A stretch of 64,000 nt of DNA. Origin: Candidatus Saccharimonadota bacterium. Its GTDB lineage: Bacteria > Patescibacteriota > Saccharimonadia > Saccharimonadales > UBA4665. The stretch is taken from contig DAHXLD010000010.1 in NCBI GenBank assembly GCA_027371845.1, positions 9,438-73,437 on the forward strand. Reading direction: 5' to 3'. Under the pieces are notes generated by a model that was not told the origin of the DNA, did no database searches, and saw only the letters and a program-made list of their open reading frames with translations. This document shows positions 28,128-37,070 of the stretch, piece by piece; within the stretch, counting starts at the first letter, position 1; every line of letters starts with the position of its first letter. The position numbers and the translations under genes were made by a program.

Positions 28128-29168
28128 ATGGAAAAAATATTAAAAATAACAATTTCGGATCAGGTTATCGTAAACATTTTAATTCTTGGAATCGTTGCTT
28201 TTGTGTTGAGTATGGCTATAACACCTATATTTACAACCGTAGCTTATAAATATAAATGGTGGAAAAAACCCCGAAAAGAAGCTTGGTCTGGTGGCACGGC
28301 AACTGTTTATAATAAATTACACGCTGCCAAACATCATCGTAATATACCGAATATGGCGGGATTAATATTTGTAGTAAGTATAGCTTTGATTACACTGCTG
28401 TTTAACTTAAAGAGGACCGAAACTTGGCTGCCTCTTGCAGGGATGATAGGGGCTGGAACTATAGGGTTAATAGATGATATTTTTAACATTAGGGGCGTGA
28501 ATAAGAAGATAGCCGGCATGCAGGCAAAAGTAAAGTTTTTACTATATAGTATTGTGGCTCTTATGGGTGGTTGGTGGTTTTACGATAAATTAAACGTTCA
28601 TTCTTTTTATTTACCCTATTTTCATAATATAGGAGTAGGTATATTCATTATATTAATATTCTGGTTTGTGGTTGTAGCAACAGCCAATTCGGTTAATATA
28701 ACAGACGGTTTAGATGGGTTAGCGGGTGGCTTGCTGGCTTCGTCGTTTGCTACGTATTCAATTATTGCTGGGATAGAGCATAAATATGCTTTAGCGGCCT
28801 TTTGTATAACAGTAGTGGGAGCTTTATTAAGTTATACTTGGTTTAACATATTTCCAGCTAGATTTTTTATGGGAGACGTAGGGTCATTTGCTCTTGGAAC
28901 TGCTCTCGGTATTATTGCCATGCAAACTAACACCATATATATCTTGCCAATAATTGGAGTTGTCTATGTCTTTGAAACTGGATCGGTGATTATTAATCGA
29001 ACTAGTAAACTACTAAGAAACGGTAAAAAAGTATTCTTATCTTCTCCAATTCATCACCATTTTGAAGCCATAGGTTGGCCCGAAACAAAAATTACGATGC
29101 GATTTTGGATACTAGGACAAGCCGCTGCTTTTGTTGGGCTAATTGTTTTCTTACTGGGAAGAAGATAG
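28128..29168 (+). CDS. mraY: phospho-N-acetylmuramoyl-pentapeptide transferase
   Basis: 346 aa polytopic protein. NSVNITDGLDGLAGG and FMGDVGS motifs. Confidence 0.93.
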   Translation: MEKILKITISDQVIVNILILGIVAFVLSMAITPIFTTVAYKYKWWKKPRKEAWSGGTATVYNKLHAAKHHRNIPNMAGLIFVVSIALITLLFNLKRTETWLPLAGMIGAGTIGLIDDIFNIRGVNKKIAGMQAKVKFLLYSIVALMGGWWFYDKLNVHSFYLPYFHNIGVGIFIILIFWFVVVATANSVNITDGLDGLAGGLLASSFATYSIIAGIEHKYALAAFCITVVGALLSYTWFNIFPARFFMGDVGSFALGTALGIIAMQTNTIYILPIIGVVYVFETGSVIINRTSKLLRNGKKVFLSSPIHHHFEAIGWPETKITMRFWILGQAAAFVGLIVFLLGRR

Positions 29169-29171
29169 CAA

Positions 29172-30452
29172 ATGTTTTCGACAGGTAGGGGTCGAAATAC
29201 CAGATCTCAGGTTAGAGAAGAGGCCTTAAGTTTAGGTAGAAAACACCGTCCAGATTATTGGATTATCATAATATGTGCCTTACTCTTGGCGGTTGGTATT
29301 ATTGTGGTTTATGCCATTGGTCCAGCGCTCAAAATAACAACTAATTTAAGTGCAAGCTATTATACTTCAAGACAAATCATTGCTGTAGTATTAAGTGCGG
29401 TTGCTTTTATTTTTACAGCTACTATTCCTATTCAGAAATGGAAAGAGAACACTAAATGGATTTTATGGATAGCAATTATAGCAACTGGTTTAGCGGTAGT
29501 TTTACCCGTTAATCCAGCTTATCCAGCTCATAGATGGGTTCGATTAGGAAGTGTGTCGTTTCAATCCGTAGAACTTCTTAAATTCGGAGCTGTTCTATGG
29601 ATAACGGCCTTTCTAACAAAAGCCGTTAAAAATAACACGATAACTGATTTTAAGAAAACTTTTAAGCCACTTCTGGTACTAATAATAATATCAGGAGTAA
29701 TTATAGCCGGGATTCAGAGCGATTTAGGCTCAATGGCGGTATTATTAGCAATGTTAGGGGTTATGGCTTTTGTGGCGGGGCTTCCGATTAAAAAAATAAT
29801 GACCATTATAGGAGTCGTTATAATTGGTTTAATTATAGCGATTATCATATTTCCGTATAGAATAGCTCGTATTGAAGCTTATTTACATCCTAGCTCGTCT
29901 AATAATTGCCAGAATGCCTCTGATTATCAAGCCTGTCAAGCTTTAATTGCAGTTGGATCTGGGGGGATGTTTGGTTTGGGATTAGGGCATAGCGTTCAAG
30001 CTTACGGTTATGAACCCGAGGCGGCCAACGACTCCATCTTTGCTATTTATGCTGAGACTTTTGGTTTTATAGGTAGTATTATATTGGTTGGATTATTCTG
30101 GATTTTATTTAATAGATTTAAAATAATTGCCGAGAATCTCGATGATGTATATTCTAAATTATTAGTAATTGGAGTATTAACTTGGTTAAGTGTGCAAACC
30201 ATTATTAATATAGGTGCCATGATAGGCCTTTTACCCCTAAAGGGGATAACTTTGCCATTTGTTAGCTATGGCGGTACTTCTATAGTATTTTCCGCAGCAG
30301 CGGTGGGCCTTGTTTTTCAACTTTCGCGCTATACTAATTATCAGGGGAATAATATAAAATCTGGTAAAGATAGGAGAATATCTGGTGAAAATAATCTTAA
30401 CGGCCGGCGGTTCGGGAGGACATATAACTCCGATTCTGGCGATAGCCTCTGA
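29172..30452 (+). CDS. ftsW: SEDS family peptidoglycan polymerase FtsW/RodA
   Basis: 426 aa. About 10 TM helices, PEAANDSIFAIYAETFGFIGS and TLPFVSYGGTS motifs. The C-terminal tail overlaps murG by 68 nt. Confidence 0.88.
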   Translation: MFSTGRGRNTRSQVREEALSLGRKHRPDYWIIIICALLLAVGIIVVYAIGPALKITTNLSASYYTSRQIIAVVLSAVAFIFTATIPIQKWKENTKWILWIAIIATGLAVVLPVNPAYPAHRWVRLGSVSFQSVELLKFGAVLWITAFLTKAVKNNTITDFKKTFKPLLVLIIISGVIIAGIQSDLGSMAVLLAMLGVMAFVAGLPIKKIMTIIGVVIIGLIIAIIIFPYRIARIEAYLHPSSSNNCQNASDYQACQALIAVGSGGMFGLGLGHSVQAYGYEPEAANDSIFAIYAETFGFIGSIILVGLFWILFNRFKIIAENLDDVYSKLLVIGVLTWLSVQTIINIGAMIGLLPLKGITLPFVSYGGTSIVFSAAAVGLVFQLSRYTNYQGNNIKSGKDRRISGENNLNGRRFGRTYNSDSGDSL

Positions 30453-31557
30453 AATTAAAGAGATCAGACCAACTTCAGAATTGATTTATATTGGCCAAAA
30501 AGGAGATATTTTTACGGATGTAACAAATCTAGAAAATAGTGTAGATAAAATTTATAAAGTAAGAGCAGGGAAGTTTAGAAGATATCCTAGCGACGGTTTA
30601 AGACAGTTGTTAGATGTTGCAACCTTTTTAAAGAATTTTAGAGACTTCTTCTTTGTAATAGTAGGGGTATTTCAGAGTTACTTTATTTTAAAGAAAATAA
30701 AGCCCGATATGGTATTTTCAAGGGGAGGGTATGTAAGTGTTCCGGTGTGTTTAGGGGCAAAATTAAACAAAATACCATATATAACTCATGATTCTGATTC
30801 CATAGCTAGTTTAGCTAATAAAATTATAGCTCCTTGGGCCTTAAAGCATTTTGTGTCAATGCCAGAAGAAACATACAGTTATCCCTTAGAAAAAACAATT
30901 AATACTGGAATTCCGCTAAGTTCAAACTTTGTTAAAGTAACGTCAGATATTAAAAGCGACTATCGCAAAAAATTAAAAATAAAAGATAATAAAAAAGTCT
31001 TAATGTTAATTGGGGGAGGTCAGGGTGCTCGAGAATTGAATAATTTATTTATAAAAAGTTCTTTTAAGTTTTTTGAATCAATCCCTAATCTTTACATAAT
31101 TCATGTTGTGGGTAAATTAAATTACGAAGCCGCTAAAAAAGACTATTCTAAGATTTTAACCAATGATCAATCTAAAAATATAAAAATTGTTGACTATACA
31201 AATGAGGTTTATATTTATAGCGGAGCATCGGATTTAATTATAACTAGGGCCGGAGCCACTAATTTAGCAGAATTCGCCATTCAAGCTAAGCCCTGTATAG
31301 TTATACCAAGTTCTTATTTAGCTTCTGGGCATCAGGTTGAAAATGCCTATTTGCTAGCTAGATCAGGTGCTATTGAGCTTATTATCGACAAAGACCTCGA
31401 GAAAGATAAAAGTTTATTAGAAACTAAGATACTAGAGTTAATTAATTCCAAAGAGAAATTAATAGAACTCTCTGATAAATTTTATAAATTTGCAAAACCG
31501 GGTTCTGCTCATAAAATAGCCAAGTTAATTATTGAATTAGCGTCGAATCAAAATTAA
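30385..31557 (+). CDS. murG: UDP-N-acetylglucosamine-lipid I transferase MurG
   Basis: 390 aa. GTG start with SD AGGAG 8 nt upstream. GGSGGHITPILAI, and ITRAGATNLAEF in the C-terminal domain. Confidence 0.9.
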   Translation: MKIILTAGGSGGHITPILAIASEIKEIRPTSELIYIGQKGDIFTDVTNLENSVDKIYKVRAGKFRRYPSDGLRQLLDVATFLKNFRDFFFVIVGVFQSYFILKKIKPDMVFSRGGYVSVPVCLGAKLNKIPYITHDSDSIASLANKIIAPWALKHFVSMPEETYSYPLEKTINTGIPLSSNFVKVTSDIKSDYRKKLKIKDNKKVLMLIGGGQGARELNNLFIKSSFKFFESIPNLYIIHVVGKLNYEAAKKDYSKILTNDQSKNIKIVDYTNEVYIYSGASDLIITRAGATNLAEFAIQAKPCIVIPSSYLASGHQVENAYLLARSGAIELIIDKDLEKDKSLLETKILELINSKEKLIELSDKFYKFAKPGSAHKIAKLIIELASNQN

Positions 31558-31571
31558 GATACAATTAAGGT

Positions 31572-32483
31572 ATGTTTAAAAGAAAAAACAAAAATTCTTA
31601 TCGTAGTCGAGGGGAACGAGATGGAGATAAACCCGTATTTATGTATACATACCATAATGTTAGGGATAATTTTGACGATAAACGAGATAGAAACGAGAAA
31701 AAAGAGCTAATTCCTAAATTAATAAACCCGTTTAAGAAACTTAGCGCTTTAATTGTTTTAATCATCTTATTAATAGCTTTTATAAACTTAATATACCTGT
31801 CTTCAACGCCTAAGGTATACCTTCTTAATAGTAATTCTAAAATTTCTAATCTATATAACTCTTTATACGGACAAAAAGTATATCTTGAAGTAAAAAGCTA
31901 TCTAAACTCTTCCTTACTAAACTATAATAAGTTATCTATAAATCTTAACAGTCTGAACAAAGAGGTTACATCTAAGTTCCCCATAATAACGAACACCTCA
32001 TATAACATCCCTCTTTTTAAGAATCAGGTTGAGATCTATCTGACAACCTCTAATCCGGCCCTATTATTATCTAATAACAAAAACAACTATGTGTTGAATC
32101 AAAATGGTGAGGTTATTTTAAACGATCAAGGCTATAACACCATAGACTCCTTAGATCTACCCAAAATAATTACTAGTGATGGGGCTATTAAGGTTGGCTC
32201 AAGCTTATTGAGCGCACAACAGGTCGGATTTATTCAATCCGTTGACCAGCAATTAGCGGCTAAAAAGTACCTTATTTCATATATGAAGATTAGTGGCGGG
32301 GGAGAGGAGTTAGACGTGTATATAAAAGGTGAAACTTTTTTTGTTAAATTTAATCTTTCCGGTGGCGATGCTAGATTAGAAGCTGGAAGGTTTCTAGCCT
32401 CAATAAATTATTTAACGACAAATAAAATAAACCCTACTCAATACATCGACGTTAGGTCGGAGGGAAGGGTTTTTTATAAATAA
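31572..32483 (+). CDS. FtsQ/DivIB-like cell division protein
   Basis: 303 aa. Basic cytoplasmic N terminus, single TM (LSALIVLIILLIAFINLIYL), extracytoplasmic domain. The call rests mainly on its position after murG. Confidence 0.5.
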   Translation: MFKRKNKNSYRSRGERDGDKPVFMYTYHNVRDNFDDKRDRNEKKELIPKLINPFKKLSALIVLIILLIAFINLIYLSSTPKVYLLNSNSKISNLYNSLYGQKVYLEVKSYLNSSLLNYNKLSINLNSLNKEVTSKFPIITNTSYNIPLFKNQVEIYLTTSNPALLLSNNKNNYVLNQNGEVILNDQGYNTIDSLDLPKIITSDGAIKVGSSLLSAQQVGFIQSVDQQLAAKKYLISYMKISGGGEELDVYIKGETFFVKFNLSGGDARLEAGRFLASINYLTTNKINPTQYIDVRSEGRVFYK

Positions 32484-32580
32484 AATCAGAAGGTCTGTGT
32501 GAAAGAGCTGTAATATAAAAGACTATAAACTTTTAAATAAGACTAATAAAAAATAGATACCTCACCCCCTTCACCCTTCT

Positions 32581-32603
32581 AGTTCGCAAAACGTTCACTA
32601 TTA
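32581..32603 (+). repeat. 23-nt direct repeat copy 1 (AGTTCGCAAAACGTTCACTATTA)
   Basis: Matches 33145-33167 at 22 of 23 positions. Contains TCGCAAAA, the same octamer as the arm of the dif-like site. Confidence 0.8.
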
Positions 32604-32951
32604 ACAAAACAAATAAATGTTTTAAAAAACATATATAAACAAATAAAAACAACCAAATGTCAAAAATATATATTAAAGCAGAGAAAAGTAGGGGATGTCA
32701 AATTTAGTAATCTATATCCTAAAAAAGCAGGTTTCACGATAAAACTGTGGATAAGTCAAATAGTGCCTAAGATCACTCACTAGACCATATGAGTTAATTA
32801 GGGCGTTTAATAAATAGTACTTTAAGGGGGGTTATATAAGAGGCAGTGCTTATAAAGTTTTATGTAATATATAAATATAAGGATACTAAGTAAGAGGGCT
32901 GTTAATCCCCTACAAGAGAGGTATCAATAACCAACTTTTATAATATATGCG

Positions 32952-32979
32952 ACGTCGCAAAATATACATTGTGCGACGT
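32952..32979. other. candidate Xer recombination site (dif-like): 11-bp arm, 6-bp spacer, 11-bp arm
   Basis: ACGTCGCAAAA TATACA TTGTGCGACGT. The arms are inverted repeats (10/11). The minus-strand reading ACGTCGCACAA TGTATA TTTTGCGACGT resembles E. coli dif GGTGCGCATAA TGTATA TTATGTTAAAT. It lies at the coding-strand switch. Confidence 0.55.
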
Positions 32980-33144
32980 TATCTATTAGTATCTATTGCT
33001 GCTGCTCTTCTTTTCATGTTCATCTTTTTAATTCTAATAAAATGTTTTTATTTAATATAATATCCGTATACTCTTCTATCGTGTTAACGATAATCATTAA
33101 ATGGATTTTATCACTACTCTCAACTTGGTTATATATATTAAGTA

Positions 33145-33167
33145 AGTTCGCAAAACGTTCAGTATTA
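33145..33167 (+). repeat. 23-nt direct repeat copy 2 (AGTTCGCAAAACGTTCAGTATTA)
   Basis: See copy 1. The two copies bracket a 541-bp segment that contains the dif-like site. Confidence 0.8.
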
Positions 33168-33231
33168 TTTATATTTTAAAAAAATAGCTATTTATTTAGT
33201 AAGCCTATTTTTTTATTTATTATTTAGGCCG

Positions 33232-34275
33232 TTACTTTTCAGTGAGTTCGTAGGTAGCTTTAGCAACTCTTTTGAATTGGGGTTTTCCTTGAAGGTTTAA
33301 GATAACAGTAGTTTCTTTAACGTATCTATTCTCTAGGACTTTTTTTACGATTTCGTCTTTATGAAGTGGTTTTGAGGCTTCCTTTAAGATTTCAACAATT
33401 ATGTCTGATACTGTGCCTTTTTTATAACCCCACTCTTTAAGCGCATAAAGTCCTCTTCCTATTAACACGAATCTCTTATCTTTTATAAGTTCGTTGTGAA
33501 TTGCCTGGGTAGTAACATTATTTCGTTTAAAGTCGCTTTTTCTAATTGTTTCAGCAATCTCATTAAAATGCATATGTTTGCCATTTTTCTTAAGGACAAC
33601 ATATATTTTATCTCTAATATTTTTTGGGTTTACTGAAGGCCACTTTACTAGTCCCCACACCCCATTAAGACTAGTCAAACTTTTAGATACTGACGCTAAA
33701 GAGGCGACCTGTAGCTTGTTTTGACCCTTAATCAATTTAACTAATTGATCAGCGGTTTGAGGCTCATCTATCTCTTTAATTTTGTTTATAATTGAGTTAA
33801 TGTTCGATTTAATATCTTTTTCGTTGCATGTTTCTTTGATGTATATAAAGCTGTAATATAAGTCATCTTCTTCGATTAGCTCTAATTGTGGGCTTAACTT
33901 TGCTAGAAAAGCTACTCTGGAATTGTCTACCTTAGTGGCATTATCGCAAATCTCTTGAGCCAAGGTAGAAACTCTTATTAAATTTCCCCGCTCTTTTAAT
34001 ATAGGTAGAACTAGCTTATCAAAATTAGCGATGTTATCGGTAAATTGCTTCTGTTTACTGTTAGCGAGCTGGGTTATAATAATCTTTTCAAGTTGTCTCA
34101 CTCTTTCTCTAGTGATGCCCAACATCTCCCCTATTTGCTCTAAGGTCTCTTTGCGGTCGTATAGACCAAAACGTCTAGATATTATCTCTTTTTCTCTGTC
34201 CTTCTCGATCGATGAGATTATTTTATCCACCATAGACTTAACTGATAAGGATGAAACCTCGTTGCTGTTTGCCAT
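33232..34275 (-). CDS. sigma-70 region 4-like HTH fused to HARE-HTH (RNAP delta-like) winged-helix domains
   Basis: 347 aa. N terminus EKEIISRRFGLYDRKETLEQIGEMLGITRERVRQLEKII (region 4.2-like), with no region 2. C-terminal part HMHFNEIAETIRK..KRFVLIGRGLYALKEWGY (HARE-HTH-like) plus a second similar module (PLHKDEIVKKVL..ATYELTE). SD GAGGA upstream. Confidence 0.6.
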   Translation of the reverse strand: MANSNEVSSLSVKSMVDKIISSIEKDREKEIISRRFGLYDRKETLEQIGEMLGITRERVRQLEKIIITQLANSKQKQFTDNIANFDKLVLPILKERGNLIRVSTLAQEICDNATKVDNSRVAFLAKLSPQLELIEEDDLYYSFIYIKETCNEKDIKSNINSIINKIKEIDEPQTADQLVKLIKGQNKLQVASLASVSKSLTSLNGVWGLVKWPSVNPKNIRDKIYVVLKKNGKHMHFNEIAETIRKSDFKRNNVTTQAIHNELIKDKRFVLIGRGLYALKEWGYKKGTVSDIIVEILKEASKPLHKDEIVKKVLENRYVKETTVILNLQGKPQFKRVAKATYELTEK

Positions 34276-34441
34276 ATTTTCCTCTTATAAAGAACTAATA
34301 ATATTATATTATACAATTAATCTTTGTAAAGTCAACTCAATACTTTATCGTTTTTATTTTAGCACATAAGTGACTAAATTACATAATTATTATTGTAAGA
34401 TTCTTTATATAAGTTAATTTACTTCTATACAATAATGTAGT

Positions 34442-36733
34442 TTATTTTTTAGATCTTTTAAACTTTCTTTTAGTTGGTTTAGCATTTTTAATCATTTCTT
34501 GAGCTTTTGATTCTGTTATCTCTGATGGTTCTATGTTTTTAGGAATTCTAGCATTTTTCTTGCCATCTGTTACATATGGGCCGTAGGGTCCTTTAAGGAT
34601 TTTAATGCCGTTTTTAAATTCTTTGATATTTCTTTCTTTTATTTTTTTCTCATTTTCTGCTATTAAATCTAATGCTTCATCTAGAGTGATGTTGTGAGGG
34701 TCATGTGGCTTTATGGAAATAAACTTATCGTCTACTTTTATATATGGACCAAAACGACCTATATTAGCTAAAATATCCTTTTTGTCTTTGGTCGTTCCAA
34801 CTAATCTTGGCAAAGAAAGAGCTTTAAGAGCTTCTTCTAAAGTAACACCTTCAATGGTTGCGTTTTTAGGTATTGGAGCAAATTCGGGTTTTTTTGAGTC
34901 TTCGTCATCTGATTCTCCTCTTTGAATCATTGGACCAAATCGACCGAACCTAGCATAAATTGGTTCATGGTTTTTGGGGTCTTGCCCAATCAAACGCATT
35001 TTTGAAACTTCTTTTCTGGATATATCTTCCGACTTTATTATTCTGGGGTGAAATTCTTCATAGAATTTTTTTATTACTTTACGCCATTCATCATTACCAT
35101 TAGCTATTCTATCGAAGTTTTCTTCTACCTGGGCCGTAAAATCATAATTTACAATATCTGGAAAATATTTAGTTAAAAAATCAGTTGTAAGTTCAGCTAT
35201 GGCGGTTGGAATCAATTTCGATTTATCTGATCCATAATTTATCTGGCTTGATTCTTCTAAAATGTTTTGCCCGTCAAATTCAGCTATTTTTATTTGCTTC
35301 TTAACGCCTTCCACATCTTTTTTCTCGACATAACCTCTATTCTGAATTACGGTAATAGTCGGAGAATAAGTACTAGGACGACCGATGCCTAAGTCTTCTA
35401 ATTTCTTAACCAAAGAGGCTTCGCTATATCGAGCTGGTCCCCTGTTAAAACCTTCATTAGCAATGATTTTGATTAATCTTAAATCTTGCCCATTTTTTAA
35501 GTCAGGCAAAATGACATCCTCAATAGGGTTGCCATAAACCTTTGTAAAACCTTCAAATTTAACTATTTCTCCTTTGGATATAAAAAACTCTGGTTTGTTG
35601 GAGATGGCAATTTTTACTTCTGTTCTTTCAACCTTAGCTTGACTCATTTGAGAAGCCAAAGTCCTTTTCCATATTAATTGATAGAGTTTGTTTTGTTGAG
35701 GATCTGAATCTATTTCTAAATTGTTAAAATTTGTTGGTCTAATTGCTTCATGAGCTTCTTGGGCGTTTTCGTTTTTAGTCTTGTATTGTCTAAATGAGTA
35801 ATAATCTTTTGAAAAATTATCTATTATATATTTCTTGGCAGCTTCTAGAGCCTCTCCTGAAAGAATAGTGCTATCTGTCCGCATATAGGATATATGACCA
35901 TTCTCATATAGTCTCTGAGCCAGTGTCATGGTTTGTCTTACGCTAAAACCTAATTTTCTCGACGCTTCTTGTTGCAATGTGCTAGTAGTAAAAGGTGCAC
36001 TCGGGCTTTTTATGGATGGTTTCTTTTTTACTTCTTCCACCCTATAAGAAGAGTTCTTTAAATTATTGAGCCAATCTATTATATCTTTTTGAAAATCTTT
36101 AGGTCTAATATTAAGTTCGGCATTAAAAATCTTATTTTCGGCTTCAAAATCAGCCGTAATTTTAAAGAAAGAATCAGGTATAAAGTTTCTTATCTCTCTT
36201 TCGCGTTCGACTATTAGACGGACCGCTACCGATTGAACTCTTCCGGCACTTAATCCTGTTTTAATTTTTTTCCATAAAACCGGACTTAACTCATAGCCCA
36301 CAAGCCTATCTAGAACTCTTCTAGCCTGTTGGGCGTAAACTAGGTTTAAATCTATGCTCCTTGGACTCTTAATGGCATTTGAGATAGCTTCTGGTGTTAT
36401 TTCGTGAAATACAATCCTTTTGGTTTTGGAAACATCTAATTTCAGGGCATTACATAAATGCCAAGCAATTGCTTCTCCTTCCCTGTCTTCGTCGCTTGCT
36501 AGCCAAACTTCTTTGTTCTTAGCCTGTTCTTTTAATTCTCTAACGACTTTACGTTTATCTATAGAAACCTCATATTTAGGCTCAAAGTTATTCTCAATAT
36601 CTATGCTTAAACCTTTTTTAGGAAGATCCCTAATGTGACCAAAACTACTTTTAACCTCATAATCCTTCCCAAGAAATTTTGAGATTGTTTTGGCTTTAGC
36701 TGGGCTTTCGACTATAACTAGGTTTTTTGCCAT
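34442..36733 (-). CDS. topA: DNA topoisomerase I
   Basis: 763 aa. Toprim N terminus MAKNLVIVESPAKAKTISKFLG, active-site region (ISYMRTDS). C-terminal Cys-free GRFGP/GPYGPY repeats replace Zn ribbons. Confidence 0.95.
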   Translation of the reverse strand: MAKNLVIVESPAKAKTISKFLGKDYEVKSSFGHIRDLPKKGLSIDIENNFEPKYEVSIDKRKVVRELKEQAKNKEVWLASDEDREGEAIAWHLCNALKLDVSKTKRIVFHEITPEAISNAIKSPRSIDLNLVYAQQARRVLDRLVGYELSPVLWKKIKTGLSAGRVQSVAVRLIVEREREIRNFIPDSFFKITADFEAENKIFNAELNIRPKDFQKDIIDWLNNLKNSSYRVEEVKKKPSIKSPSAPFTTSTLQQEASRKLGFSVRQTMTLAQRLYENGHISYMRTDSTILSGEALEAAKKYIIDNFSKDYYSFRQYKTKNENAQEAHEAIRPTNFNNLEIDSDPQQNKLYQLIWKRTLASQMSQAKVERTEVKIAISNKPEFFISKGEIVKFEGFTKVYGNPIEDVILPDLKNGQDLRLIKIIANEGFNRGPARYSEASLVKKLEDLGIGRPSTYSPTITVIQNRGYVEKKDVEGVKKQIKIAEFDGQNILEESSQINYGSDKSKLIPTAIAELTTDFLTKYFPDIVNYDFTAQVEENFDRIANGNDEWRKVIKKFYEEFHPRIIKSEDISRKEVSKMRLIGQDPKNHEPIYARFGRFGPMIQRGESDDEDSKKPEFAPIPKNATIEGVTLEEALKALSLPRLVGTTKDKKDILANIGRFGPYIKVDDKFISIKPHDPHNITLDEALDLIAENEKKIKERNIKEFKNGIKILKGPYGPYVTDGKKNARIPKNIEPSEITESKAQEMIKNAKPTKRKFKRSKK

Positions 36734-36788
36734 AAAAGTATACTTAATATCATTTTAAATATAAAAGCAATAAAAAAGCTTAAAAAAA

Positions 36789-36959
36789 TTAAAAATAAGC
36801 TTTATTAATTCTATATCCTACAATAATCCCTAAAATTGAACCGACCGTACCAAGTAGAATACTCCAACCTCCTAGCCAGTTACCGTGATCCATTAAGGCT
36901 CCAAACCAACTAAAAAGAGTTCCTAAGGCTACTATAGATATTGTGTATATTATTTTCAT
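36789..36959 (-). CDS. small two-TM membrane protein (GlsB/YeaQ/YmgE-like)
   Basis: 56 aa from ATG 36959 (MKIIYTISIVALGTLFSWFGAL..GWSILLGTVGSILGIIVGYRI). The longer listed ORF (to 37052) adds an implausible N terminus. Confidence 0.5.
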   Translation of the reverse strand: MKIIYTISIVALGTLFSWFGALMDHGNWLGGWSILLGTVGSILGIIVGYRINKAYF

Positions 36960-37035
36960 CCTTATTAATATACCATATAAGGATAAGCGTAGTAAGTATA
37001 TAAAATTGCCAACAAGTCTATAGTAGGAAATAGTA

Positions 37036-37064
37036 TTGACATAAAGTAACAAATTTGCTAAAAT
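37036..37064 (+). promoter_or_regulatory. sigma70-type promoter TTGACA-17 nt-TAAAAT with palindrome over the -10
   Basis: TTGACA at 37036-37041 and TAAAAT at 37059-37064. A perfect inverted repeat TTTGCTA-AAA-TAGCAAA (37054-37070) is centred on the -10. Confidence 0.5.
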
Positions 37065-37070
37065 AGCAAA

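Noticed and set aside
32947-33060. A 37-codon ORF (MRRRKIYIVRRYLLVSIAAAALLFMFIFLILIKCFYLI) that looks like a type I toxin-style small hydrophobic peptide.
   Set aside because: Its Arg-rich N terminus is simply the translation of the two CGACG-containing arms of the dif-like palindrome. There is no Shine-Dalgarno or -10 element at a suitable distance. AT-rich DNA readily yields Phe/Ile/Leu-rich frames. The recombination-site interpretation explains the sequence better.
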